A stretch of 64,000 nt of DNA, taken from positions 380,954 to 444,953 of the forward strand of contig CM120644.1 in assembly GCA_051362555.1 (NCBI GenBank), in the 5' to 3' direction. The stretch's first letter is position 1. The number at the start of each line of letters is the position of its first letter. Made by a program: the position numbers and the translations under genes. Below are positions 26,720 through 38,746 of this stretch, piece by piece. The notes under the pieces are model-generated. The model was not told where the DNA came from, made no database searches, and worked only from the letters and a program-made list of their open reading frames with translations. The DNA is from Lingula anatina (Eukaryota > Animalia > Brachiopoda).

Positions 26720-28165
26720 AAAGTTAAGTTCATTGTAAGGTAGGTCAAAGGTCAATTTCAAGGTCACAGTAAATTGCCAGTATATGACTTCCTATCCAAC
26801 TTCAATAGTAACTATGGACCTATCTCTGCCAGTTTTGGAGATAAAAGGGAAGCAAAATTTGCAAAGTTCAGTTCATGGTGAAAAGTAGGTCAAAGGTCAA
26901 TTTCAAGGTCACAGTAAGATTGCCAGTATATGACTTCCTATTCAACTTCAATAGTAACTATGGACCTATCTCTGCCAGTTTTGGAGATAAAAGGGAAGCA
27001 AAATTTGCAAAGTTCAGTTCATGGTGAAAAGTAGGTCAAAGGTCAATTTCAAGGTCACATTTAGATTGCCAGTATATGACTTCCTATTCAACTTCAATAG
27101 TAACTATGGACCTATCTCTGCCAGTTTTGGAGATAAAAGGGAAGCAAAATTTGCAAAGTTCAGTTCATGGTGAAAAGAAGGTCAAAGGTCAATTTCAAGG
27201 TCACAGTAAAATTGCCAGTATATGACTTCCTATGCAAGTTCAATAGTAACTATGGACCTATCTCTGCCAGTTTTGGAGATAAAAGGGAAGCAAATTTTGC
27301 AAAGTTCAGTTCAAGGTGAAAAGTAGGTCAAAGGTCAATTTCAAGGTCACAGTAAAATTGCCAGTATATGACTTCCTATTCAAGTTCAATAGTAACTATG
27401 GACCTATCTCTGCCAGTTTTGGAGATAAAAGGGAAGCAAAATTTGCAAAGTTCAGTTCATGGTGATAAGTAGGTCAAAGGTCAATTTCAAGGTCACAGTA
27501 AGATTGCCAGTATATGACTTCCTATTCAACTTCAATAGTAACTATGGACCTATCTCTGCCAGTTTTGGAGATAAAAGGGAAGCAAAATTTGCAAAGTTCA
27601 GTTCATGGTGAAAAGTAGGTCAAAGGTCAATTTCAAGGTCACATTTAGATTGCCAGTATATGACTTCCTATTCAACTTCAATAGTAACTATGGACCTATC
27701 TCTGCCAGTTTTGGAGATAAAAGGGAAGCAAAATTTGCAAAGTTCAGTTCATGGTGAAAAGAAGGTCAAAGGTCAATTTCAAGGTCACAGTAAAATTGCC
27801 AGTATATGACTTCCTATGCAAGTTCAATAGTAACTATGGACCTATCTCTGCCAGTTTTGGAGATAAAAGGGAAGCAAATTTTGCAAAGTTCAGTTCAAGG
27901 TGAAAAGTAGGTCAAAGGTCAATTTCAAGGTCACAGTAAAATTGCCAGTATATGACTTCCTATTCAAGTTCAATAGTAACTATGGACCTATCTCTGCCAG
28001 TTTTGGAGATAAAAGGGAAGCAAAATTTGCAAAGTTCAGTTCATGGTGATAAGTAGGTCAAAGGTCAATTTCAAGGTCACAGTAAGATTGCCAGTATATG
28101 ACTTCCTATTCAACTTCAATAGTAACTATGGACCTATCTCTGCCAGTTTTGGAGATAAAAGGGAC
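26720..28165. repeat. 146-bp satellite, ~10 copies, with 584-bp 4-mer higher-order structure
   Basis: AGGTCAAAGGTCAATTTCAAGGTCAC recurs at 26742, 26887, 27033 ... 28055. Confidence 0.95.
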
Positions 28166-28409
28166 TAAATGTTATAATTTTGGAGTTACCATAATGTGCC
28201 ATAAATTTCCTACAGAAAAAATTAATTAAAATAAAGAAAAGGTCATTTTGGTCAAAGTTCTTGAAATGGGAGGTTCTCTGAAGTTGCAGAAGTTTAAATT
28301 TGATAAAATAATGTCATTTTTGACCACAAGTTGTCTGCTTTGCCAAGCATTATGTTTTATTTTTCCGGAGTTCAAAATTTATTATCCATTACCGTACTGC
28401 ACATTTTTA

Positions 28410-28697
28410 CGGAAGCCGACTGGTGCCATATGTTGAAAAAAAAAATTATCTCGAAATTTCGAGATAGCATTTTTTTTGTTCAAATTTCAAAATACTATCT
28501 CGAAATTTCGAGATAAATTTTTTTGCTCAAATATCAAAATGCTATCTCGAAATTTCGAGATAATTTTTTTTTTGTTCAAATTTCAAAATGCTATCTCGAA
28601 ATTTCGAGATAAAAATTTTTTTTGTTCAAATTTCAAAATAGTATCTCGAAATTTCGAGATAATTTTTTTTTCTACATATGGCACCAGTCGGCTTCCG
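28410..28697. mobile_element. Tc1/mariner-like MITE (TA TSD)
   Basis: TIR CGGAAGCCGACTGGTGCCATATGT flanked by TA on both sides. The interior has five TATCTCGAAATTTCGAGATA palindromes. Confidence 0.8.
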
Positions 28698-30258
28698 TAC
28701 ATTTTCCTTTCACCACCAATATGTACTTTCTGATACAGCGTAACTCGAAAACCGTATGGAATACAAAAAAACCGAGACCACCTCCAGTGTTGGGCTTTAC
28801 ATGCTCTACAAAATGCAAAAAAGAATGGGTCTCTAGCATTAACGGTTCCCGAATTAGAGACAGTTTTCAGTTTCGGTATCTTATGGCCGCTACTCCTGTG
28901 AAAATGCACCGATTGACCCCAAATTCACGGAGATGAAAGATGACCTGAAGGGTAACACTTTCCAATAATATTATTGGTTAAGTCTGTGTGGCGTCTGAAT
29001 AACAGGGCAAAAAAATTTTTTTTCGTAAAAAATTTCATTTTTTTGAAAATTTTGACCCATTTGACCTTGAAGTAAAGGTCAAAGGTCAAATCCGAGGGTA
29101 TATTTGAAATCTACACATATGACTTTTGGAAAGCCGTCTATAGAAATTTTTCCCGTAACTCCTTCTGTAGGGTAGATAATTAGCATTTAATTTTGCCATT
29201 TTTAGACAAGGGTGCATTGCAATGAGTGCCACACCCAGACCCCAATACCGACAAAGCCCAAATTTTACGTGGAACGAGTTGAGATTATAGGTGACCTAAA
29301 TCCATGAGATGGGTACGGGGGCCCTTACCGTCTAGGAGGAGAAGCGGTAACGGTAACATGGCGGCGGAGCCGGCGGAACGGACCGGACGGGACCGAAACC
29401 ATGTGTACCGCCAGTGCTAACGCTGGTGGTAAATTTTTTTGTTCAAATTTCAAAATAGTATCTCAAAATTTCGAGATAATTTTTTTTTCTACATATGGCA
29501 CCAGTGGGCTTCCGTACATTTTCCTTTCACCACCAATATGTACTTTTTGATACAGCGTAACTCGAAAACCGTATGGAATACAAAAAAACCGAGACCACCT
29601 CCAGTGTTGGGCTTTACATGCTCTACAAAATGCAAAAAAGAATGGGTCTCTAGCATTAACGGTTCCCGAATTAGAGACAGTTTTCAGTTTCGGTATCTTA
29701 TGGCCGCTACTCCTGTGAAAATGCACCGATTGACCCCAAATTCACGGAGATGAAAGATGACCTGAAGGGTAACACTTTCCAATAATATTATTGGTTAAGT
29801 CTGTGTGGTGTCTGAATAACAGGGCAAAAAAATTTTTTTTCGTAAAAAATTTCATTTTTTTGAAAATTTTGGCCCATTTGACCTTGAAGTAAAGGTCAAA
29901 GGTCAAATCCGAGGGTATATTTGAAATCTACACATATGACTTTTGGAAAGCCGTCTGTAGAAATTTTTCCCGTAACTCCTTCCGTAGGGTAGATAATTAG
30001 CATTTAATTTTGCCATTTTTGGACAAGGGTGCATTGCAATGAGTGCCACACCCAGACCCCAATACCGACAAAGCCCAAATTTTACGTGGAACGAGTTGAG
30101 ATTATAGGTGACCTAAATCCATGAGATGGGTATGGGGGGCCTTACCGTCTAGGAGGAGAAGCGGTAACGGTAGCCGTCCGGCGGAGCCGGCGGAGCCGGC
30201 GGAACGATCCGGACGAGACCGAAACCATGTGTACCGCCAGCGCTAACGCTGGTGGTAC
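28615..30258. repeat. 817-bp tandem duplication of the HINE 3' end
   Basis: 28615-29431 is nearly identical to 29432-30258. ORFs 28622 and 29439 are near-identical at offset 817. Confidence 0.92.
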
Positions 30259-33030
30259 AATTACAACTGCACATCCATAGCTTTTCATCTACTACCAGGG
30301 TGAATTTGTGTTTGCTTATCAAGTTTTGCCCATCCTTATTAGTCTTATGATATATATCTGGTGGGTAAATAGTGTGCATCCTTGGATATTCTGAGAAAAA
30401 GATACCTACAATTTAACATAGGAATACTAATGGGTGGGTTTCAATTGCTGCTAGAGAGGCATATGGTTCATTATACATTTACATTTCCATGGGTTTGTTT
30501 TAAAAATAATTTATGTTTTTCATTCCATTTATTATTACTCCTATGATGTATACCTGGTCTGTAGCATGTGTGTATCTTTTGGGTATTCTGAAAAAATTCA
30601 AGATGTCTGCCTTTTGTCATTAGAATATTCGAACACATAATCAAATAATGCTAGAAATACACTGAGTACGATTTAAACGTAGTTAACGTTGGGTTGTTTT
30701 TAATGTTTTTCATATCCTATTTATCCTTATGAAAGAATCTGTGTGTTTTGAAAGTGTATGTATCCTTGAGTATTATTCGGAGAAATCCAAGATAGCTGCC
30801 AGTTGTCATAGGAATATATCATTCAAATGCACATAGGTGTCAATTAATAAAACAGTTCAGACATTGATTCCAACATGAAATAAAGCTGTTTGATGTTTAA
30901 ACATGTTGACAACCTTATTAACCTTACTCTTTATAAATCTGGTGTGTAACAAGTGTGCATCTTGCGTATTTGAGAAAATTCAAGATTGCTGCAATTCACA
31001 ATAGGAATAGTACAGTCAACTACTGCCAGAGAGACATTGGGTTCAATATAAAATGAATTTTGTTTCTCTGTATTTCCCACATTCTTTTTGGACTTTTAGA
31101 TATCTATCTGGTGGATAACAAGTGTATACCCTTAAGTATTTTGAAAAAATATCATGATTACCCTCATTTGCCTTAGAAGTGCCTATTAAATCTAATGCAC
31201 CACTTTTCCTATGGGGAAAAGAAGGCCATCTTGGATTTCCCCAAAATGATAAAATATGGACATTAATTACCTAACAGATATGTATCATGGGATAATAATA
31301 CTAAAAAACAGAATAACAACTGAATTCAGCTTTTTTATTTGTAAGCCTATCTCTCGCAGGTATTAACTGAACCCCACCTTCTATGGCTAATGGCAGCCAT
31401 TTTGTTTTGTTTTCAAAAATGATACACATAACATTCTCATCACATATATATTATATGAATTAAAAAGATGTGGAAAATACTCAGAAACAAACCTAATTTA
31501 TCAATTAATATTATATCTCCATGGCAGAAGAAGCCCTATGTGTATACTAGTATTCCTTTGATATGGGGGCCATCTTGGATTTTTCTCGAATTGCCTGTGA
31601 ATAAAGGTTAGTTACTCACCACAAATATATTATTTGTGTAATAAGAAACAAAATTAATTAGATAGTGGGCAATGCATCTTCCTAGTTGGCATTAGTTAGT
31701 TGAACACCCTTGTATATGTTCTAGTATTCCTATGCCATACGGCGGCCATCTTGGATTTTTCAATAAGTCCAAGGACACTAGTTTGGTATCTGACACATAT
31801 GCATAATATGGGTAATAACGATGTGGAAAACATTGAGAAAATACTTAATTTGATAAAAATCAACATAGATATGTATATATTTCTACAAAATTTCATAAAT
31901 TGGCGGCCATTTTGGATTTTTTGGCCAAACAGTAAATTTTTTCCGTGGGCTACGGCTCTAATTTGATTTAGTATGTCAAAAGGTACCCACATGCAAAGTT
32001 TGGTGCTTTTATCCGCTGTGTCACGATTTGGCCATTTTTTTGCCCTAAGCAACCGGACTAATAGTTCTGCGTAGGTAAACCATTAATCTGAAGAGACACA
32101 TGGTTCAAGATGTAACCAGAACCAACCTTTAAATACTACAGAAATACCTGCCATTTACACACTTCCCTATTAACATGAACACAAACTCTGATTACTACAT
32201 CCTTGTAGCATATAGCCTTGTAATACTACAGAAATACAGGTAATTTATACATAGTTCCCTATTTACATGAACACAAGCCCTTACTATACATCCTTGTAGC
32301 CTTGTAATACTACAAAAATACAGGTAATTTACACATAGTTCCCTATCAACAAGCAGACAGGACCTATTGCAGTAACTCCTACTCTAGGCAGTGTCATTAC
32401 CTATATACTAGTAATATGGCAGGAAGCACCCACTGACACTGTGGTACTATTACTGCTCACGTCTCACACACAATACAAACAAAACATTGCAGTTGTTTTT
32501 TATCTACCAGTACTGAATATAGTCCACTCCCAGTGTATAGAAAACATAACCTTTTCCCTGTATCTGCAGCAAGCAGGGTGGCCTAGTCTCAATACAAATT
32601 TTACCCAGATCACTTAAAGCTTAACTCGTGGTGCTATGCTGTTAACACTGCCGCTAACATAAAGTCACCTCTCAGAGCATCATTAACAGCCATATGCTGC
32701 AGTATTTACCTAGTGTTAAGATCAGGCAATAAAAAAATATCCCATGATGAAGTGAGGTGTTCAGTAAAATGCAGACATGACACAGAACTGAGAGAAAATA
32801 TGGCAGCCATGCTACAAATTGATTCAAAATAAATATGCATCTGTTATTTTTTCCTTCACTTTTTTATTGCAAAAGGTCCCATGGTTTAATGCTTAAAGGT
32901 ATAAATTAGTAACTAAAGCAAGCATTTTGTGTTTAAGTGTGTGTGTCTGTGCGTGTGCGCATGTGGGGATATGTTGGTGACTGCATGGATATTTTAGTAC
33001 GGATGTGTATAACCACACATATCCACTCAC

Positions 33031-33174
33031 CTTCAGTTCTTTGACAGCAGACTCTGGGGGGTAGACAATAAAATGGCGCAGCGTGAAGCCAAATCCACTC
33101 TCCGTCCGCGGCACTGCCACCGTCCTTGGACCTGCCCACAGTGTCGTGCTGCTCATAGCATTCTCCTTCTCTGA
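33031..33174 (-). CDS. ARHGAP21: ARHGAP21/23-like exon, PDZ N-terminal strands
   Basis: tttatcgttacAG acceptor and AAG|GTGAGT donor. 144 nt, phase 0->0. [30 protein letters not shown] contains the family-diagnostic [16 protein letters not shown]. Confidence 0.96.
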
Positions 33175-34467
33175 CTGTAACGATAAATATCATAGGTCAA
33201 TTTAAACCTCAATGAAACAAGGTACGTCACTGGTCAGTGACTACTGCAAATATTGTGCATCAAAGCCCTGAAAATATGAAACAAACCTAGCTCAATATTT
33301 TGCATTTCTATCAACCAGATATGCATGTTTGGCATTCAGTTGAAATTTCTGTACTGTAGTGTGAGTCTAATTGATTGCCTATATATGGTCTGAGATAGCC
33401 CTGTATTCTAAACTCTGCTAACGTCTAGAACAGGTGTGACCAGGTAGAGGGTGTCTGGGATGATCAGTAGTTAACAACACACTATCTTCACAGCTCTATA
33501 CCAGTTTATTATCAAATAGTCCTCCTTGATAAGTAATACCAAAACAAGTTACTAGTACATTAGTTGAGTTGGGAAGTTTATACTGTATTTATGTGGCAAT
33601 CAATTAGTCTTCAGGAACCAATTATCATAATATACATGTCACAGATGTAAAAACTGGCCACCAGCAGTAATTTTACACCAGTCATTTATCTTTATTATGT
33701 ACACTGAAATATGGACACACTGTAGAGTAGATAGTATTGATGTTATTATACTGGCAGACATGACATAACACAGGATAATATTATGTTCCAATGGTGTCTA
33801 CTGCGGTATATCATTACATAATATGTCATATATCATGATAAAACTACATATTTCCCATGTGTATATTGTCCACAAATGTCAGACACCAGGAATGAAGGAC
33901 AATTATTGGTATAATGTTTCTGTCAAGTTAATCCACATGAAAATCCACTGACTGTAAGAGCTTACAGAATCTATCAAGGGATTAATTTTTTTTTTTTTTT
34001 TTTGAAAAATACAAATAATTACATGACTAGGGAACATACTGTATTTTTGCTATAAGGACCAAGAGTTGCAGAGAGAATTAGTTGTATTTTCATTGGCAGT
34101 ATTTCAAGTGAACTTGTAAATCTACAACTCTTGTGTAAACATCTCATTTTATCACATTTTCCTCTTCAAGCAGAAGACTTCCAGTGTGTTGAATTTAGTC
34201 TCTGCTCTAAGCTACTGTGCAATGTTTGTGTACACCCTGAACTTATAAAAGTAGTTTTTTTGCTAAGCTGGAGTGAAGAAAAAAGTAATTGGAGCATAGG
34301 GTTACTCTTCAGTATGCACGCATGTGCATATGCCTAAATACATACTGCAGATATGGTGAAACCCACTGAGGCAATACTAGTAGGCACGGCATATGTATGC
34401 ACAAGCATACATACACATAAACAAATATACACATACAAAAGAAACAGAAAACACATACATGGACACA

Positions 34468-35635
34468 CAGGGAGGGAAATGGGCGGTCGCCAGTCGCCAA
34501 ATGCGACCGCTAAAACGAATTGTCGAGTGCCAAACTCAGTAACTGGTCCAAACGGGTGACTGCTCTATAAGCAGCGGCAACATGACAAATATACGGGGTT
34601 TATACTTGTCCTTAGATATTTTTCTTTTAATAAAAATCCGCTCCCAATTTTGTCTGCATCGAAGACTACGCGAGTTTCAGATGTGTTGACCTATTTTAAT
34701 GATGCTTCCGAACACGTCAGACGTTATTTGCATGCGACCTGACCTCTTGCACCAGACTGTCAATTTTAACCAATCAGATTTTACCACAGCATTCGCGCCG
34801 TATGAAGTAGCAGAGCCTCGAGGACTGAAAAGCTACAAACCTTTTCGGTAAAAATACTAATTTACTTGAGTGCCGTTTTGTAGTTTTGAAGGGTAAATAT
34901 AATTCTTTAAATGGTTTCTGGTCTTTTTCGATGTCAATAGTTTATAGTTACATTCAAGATTTTACAAGAAACAATACTTTTCCTGTTGAGGCATGCTGCC
35001 GAAACATTATCTTGTTGGAAATTAAATCAAAACTACATTTAGTGTGTGAATTGAATTAGTTCAACTTATCTTACAATTTTATAGCGATGTGGAGGTTTTT
35101 GCCTGGCAAAGCTGCCAGAGCCTCTAAATGAAAAACACCGACAAATGACGAAAGGGAACAACCTAGCACTAAATGTAAAAAAAAAAAAAAAAAGAGCGCG
35201 GGTACCTTCCTTTATAACAGCTACGGATTTTTGAGGAAAATAAAAAGGCGAGGATTTTTTGCTCCTTTTTATGGTTATATTTCAACTTTTGTGACTTTAA
35301 AGTCACTTCCTATTTTGTGTTAATACAATGGGTGTTAACCCATTGTTCTAATTCCAAACCTTGTTTAGGTAAACACAGTTTACCAGAGATTAATAACATC
35401 TTTATATTTTTTAACCTAATAGTTAAAATACTTGATTCCTATTGTGTAATGTGGCGTCATTTCCTTTAACCATAAAAGGTGGGGAGAAAAAGCTGTTTAG
35501 TTTTTAAAATGTGAATAAATGTTGATGAATTTTGGGGAGTTATTTGGTTGATTTCAATTCTTTTAAATAAGTTCAAAATAAAAACATGAAAATTAAACTT
35601 CATTTGCTTCATTTTACTGGCACATTTTAATAACA

Positions 35636-35680
<45 letters not shown>

Positions 35681-35821
35681 AAGTTGCTCAGTATGTTTAA
35701 ACAGTCCACCCCTTTTCGATTCTTTCATAATTGGACCAGTGCCCCAAGGCCTAGGACCACTACCTCCAGAGTCAACTGGTCCATGTGGACCAGTGCTGAA
35801 AAAGTCCCATTTCCCTCTCTG
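34468..35821. mobile_element. Non-autonomous hAT-like element
   Basis: TIR CAG(G/A)GAGGGAAATGGG / CCCATTTCCCTCTCTG, with subterminal GGTCGCCA and TGGACCA repeats. Apparent 5-bp TSD ACACA lies in a CA-rich context. Confidence 0.7.
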
Positions 35822-36241
35822 ACACACGATATAAAACAAGCAAGCACACCCACACACACGTGCGCACACACAAATACACACACACACACGAGAACAGACA
35901 TTTTACAGAACTAGCGTGTAATGATGGACATATTTCCAGTAAAATAGGCAGTTCTGGTGCCAGGTGCTCTGTATACAACACTACACTAACTCACTACCCT
36001 GCACCTTGTTACCCAGCAAATGACCAATTAACCTCTCCTCATATTGTATGTCCAGGTGCGCCACTGACCACAGACAGTTACCAGGTAATAACCAGATCAA
36101 AGACCAAGAAAGGCCACTTGTTACGGTCACTTCAACTGACCAGCAGCTACATAAAACTACAGGTAATTGCTTAAGTACCCTCATTTGTCAAATACTATGG
36201 ACATTTTGTGTACATGAAAGGTGAGAAAGGTCTCTCTCTCA

Positions 36242-36276
<35 letters not shown>

Positions 36277-36393
36277 ATTCTCTCTCTCTATCTCTCACAC
36301 ACACACACACCTTCCCTGATCTTGACTAATCTATATTCAGAGTACACCAACCCTATCTCTCAAAACCCTGGAGATCTCCCTGCCTGTGTATAC

Positions 36394-37693
36394 CAGACTT
36401 TACGAAAGGCGTCGGACCGTCGGACATGCCTGGCAAATTTCGTCTCGGTCCGATAAAAAATCCTGTATCGTCGGACCTTATGTCCGGCGAGTTTTCAAAC
36501 TGACTGGGAATGTGTAAATACAAGGAATACGTTGTTGTTTCTTTTCTGGACGATATATTTTACTTCATTCGAAAAGAGAGACGGGGTGAAAATCTCGGGG
36601 AGTTCCCAGCTAATTAATACATAATTTATAAACCTCAGTTTCACTCAGAAATACTATTTTGTGACTGGTTGAGGTTGGGGGATTCCTGGATGATGTAATG
36701 TACAGTCTCGTTTTCGTTTCGTAATACCCCTACTCGACAAAATGGCCGCAACACATGTGCTCGTGCTATTTGCATTTTCACAGACTTGATCCTCTGTTTC
36801 TTCTTTATCAGTCGTACACAGTACTCATGGATAAACCTTTTGTTTAGAAAATGACGTTTTTGAACTTTAAACACTTCGTTGGTGCAAAGCGTGGCTAAAA
36901 TTAAAACGAAGTGAGGAAGAGAAACGGAAGTTTACTTAAATTGGAAAGAAGGTAGGCCCTGGCGGACTTGTAATCTGTAGGAGAGGAAAATAGTGTGTGC
37001 CGAGTTATCATTTTGATCAATAGCAATATAAGCTTTATTACAGCTTTATTACGGGTTCTTAAATTATGGAACTTATGTACGTATTTGCATGTACCGTTCA
37101 CCACGAGTTGGAGAAAGTGCACATGAACTTGACGAAAGCTCACAGTTTGAGTTTCTTTTTATAAAAAAAAGAAATAAAATGAAGAAGGAACTTAGACTCG
37201 GGCTGGACAGTCCCTGTCAAAGCTTTAATTGGATGAAAGAGACTGCCTTACTGTGCTGTTTCAAAATGCATATGTTATTGCCAAAAACAACGGATGAAAT
37301 GGTTATCTGATTAACAGACGTTTTTATGGACATACGTTTGATATTACTAGCTACACGTTCTTCATACTTGTATTGGTCTTAGTCCTTGTGTCATTCCACA
37401 ATGTCTTCTTCATTAAATAAAAAACAACTTGTTATGCAAGTAATTTTTTGTCTATTTTTTTGTTTGTTTGTTTTGCTTTCTTATTTTACTTTTTTACAAA
37501 TATATATCAAAAATTTAATATTTGATTTAATGTCAGTGATTTAAAACATTAGAAAATACACATGAAAACATGAATAATGGTTCGTATTTCTATTATTTTA
37601 CTTCGGTCTGACCGATTTTGTTTCGGTCTGACAGAATTTTCAAGCTTGTCAGACCGAATGTCTGACAGATTTTTTGGCCTTTCGTAAAGTCTG
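36394..37693. mobile_element. Non-autonomous TIR DNA transposon (hAT-like)
   Basis: Perfect TIR CAGACTTTACGAAAGGC, with subterminal TCGGAC/TCTGAC repeats. Flanked by GTATAC on both sides. Confidence 0.78.
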
Positions 37694-37754
37694 GTATACC
37701 CTCTACTATAGGGAGCAAGTATATGCTTTGTCTCAATACTCAAGTTAGAAACTC

Positions 37755-38360
37755 ACACCTGCCCCCCTCCCCTTAAATCTGTGGTGTGATAGTAAAGAGG
37801 TGTCGCCCACCCCCTCCCAAGCTGTCTCCTCCATCCCTCCCTACACCTGTGGTATAAGAATAAAGAGCTGTCAGGACCCCCTCTCCCTCTACCCCCCCCC
37901 CCTTTACACCTGTGGTGTTAGAATAAAGAGCTGTCAGGACCCCCTCTCCCTCTACCCCCCACCCCCCTTTACACCTGTGGTGTTAGAATAAAGAGCTGTC
38001 AGGACCCCCTCTCCCTCTACCCCACCCCCCCCACCCCCCTTTACACCTGTGGTGTTAGAATAAAGAGCTGTCAGGACCCCCTCTCCCTCCACCCCCCCCC
38101 CCCCTGCACCCCCCCTACACCTGTGGTGTTACAGTAAAGAGGTGTCAGGACCCCCTCTCCCTCCACCCCCCCCCACCCCCCTTTACACCTGTGGTGTGAG
38201 AGTAAAGTAGGGTCAGGTACTCATAAGCCTGGGCTGATGTTCTCACTGGAAGTCTATCAGGACACCCCCCCCCCCTTGCACCCCCCTACACCTGTGATGT
38301 TAGAGTAAAGAGGTGTCAGGCACTCATTAGCCTGGGCTGATGTTCTCACTGGAAGTCTAT
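37755..38360. repeat. C-rich ~60-70-bp minisatellite with variable poly-C tracts
   Basis: ACACCTGTGGTGTTAGAATAAAGAGCTGTCAGGACCCCCTCTCCCTC-polyC units. Confidence 0.9.
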
Positions 38361-38640
38361 CATGTTTCACATCAAAGCCAAGCTCTACCTGCAGGCACTC
38401 TAGCTATGTGATGGCTAGCACAGGATACCTAGACACTAGTAGCTTGTCAGCCCATTTACTAGCAGAAAAATCTGTAATTTACCTCCTTTCTGAATCATAA
38501 GAACTTTTGTAATTCACTGGTTAAAATGGTACAGCAAAATAGAACGAGGTGATTACAAGAATTGTATACCTCTTTTCTGAATCACAAGAATTCTAGTTAC
38601 ATGAAAGTTGAAACAGGACAGTCATACAGACGTGGGCTAG

Positions 38641-38746
38641 TACTGACTACTTTATACTGACTACTTTATACTGACTACTTTATACTGACTACTTTATACT
38701 GACTACTTTATACTGACTACTTTGTACTGACTACTTTATACTGACT
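38641..38746. repeat. 14-bp tandem repeat x7.5
   Basis: TACTGACTACTTTA. Confidence 0.95.

Larger units (their letters stand above)
26525..30260 (+). mobile_element. Helentron-associated non-autonomous element (HINE/DINE-1-like) nested in the foldback element
   Basis: 5' AACTAGAG start, small hairpin GAGGCG-ATAC-CGCCTC and subTIR TGTACCACCAGC. Central satellite, GC-rich (CGGAGC/CGGAC) short repeats, and 3' hairpin TGTACCGCCAGCG-CTAA-CGCTGGTGGTACA (30230-30259) containing the inverted subTIR. Confidence 0.8.
25655..32060. mobile_element. Non-autonomous foldback DNA transposon with long TIRs (Academ-like)
   Basis: Termini TAGTCCGGT.GCTTA...TAAGCAACCGGACTA, with inverted similarity over several hundred bp and 3-bp TSD ATA (25652-54 / 32061-63). 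Arms are built of ~170-185-bp subrepeats with AAATCCAAGATGGC.GCC, and their orientation flips near 31200. Confidence 0.8.

Noticed and set aside
28583-29753. Duplicated 104-aa ORFs (28622 and 29439) and their antisense ORFs
   Set aside because: They span a MITE/HINE junction within a tandem duplication, start at TTG, and show no recognisable domain.
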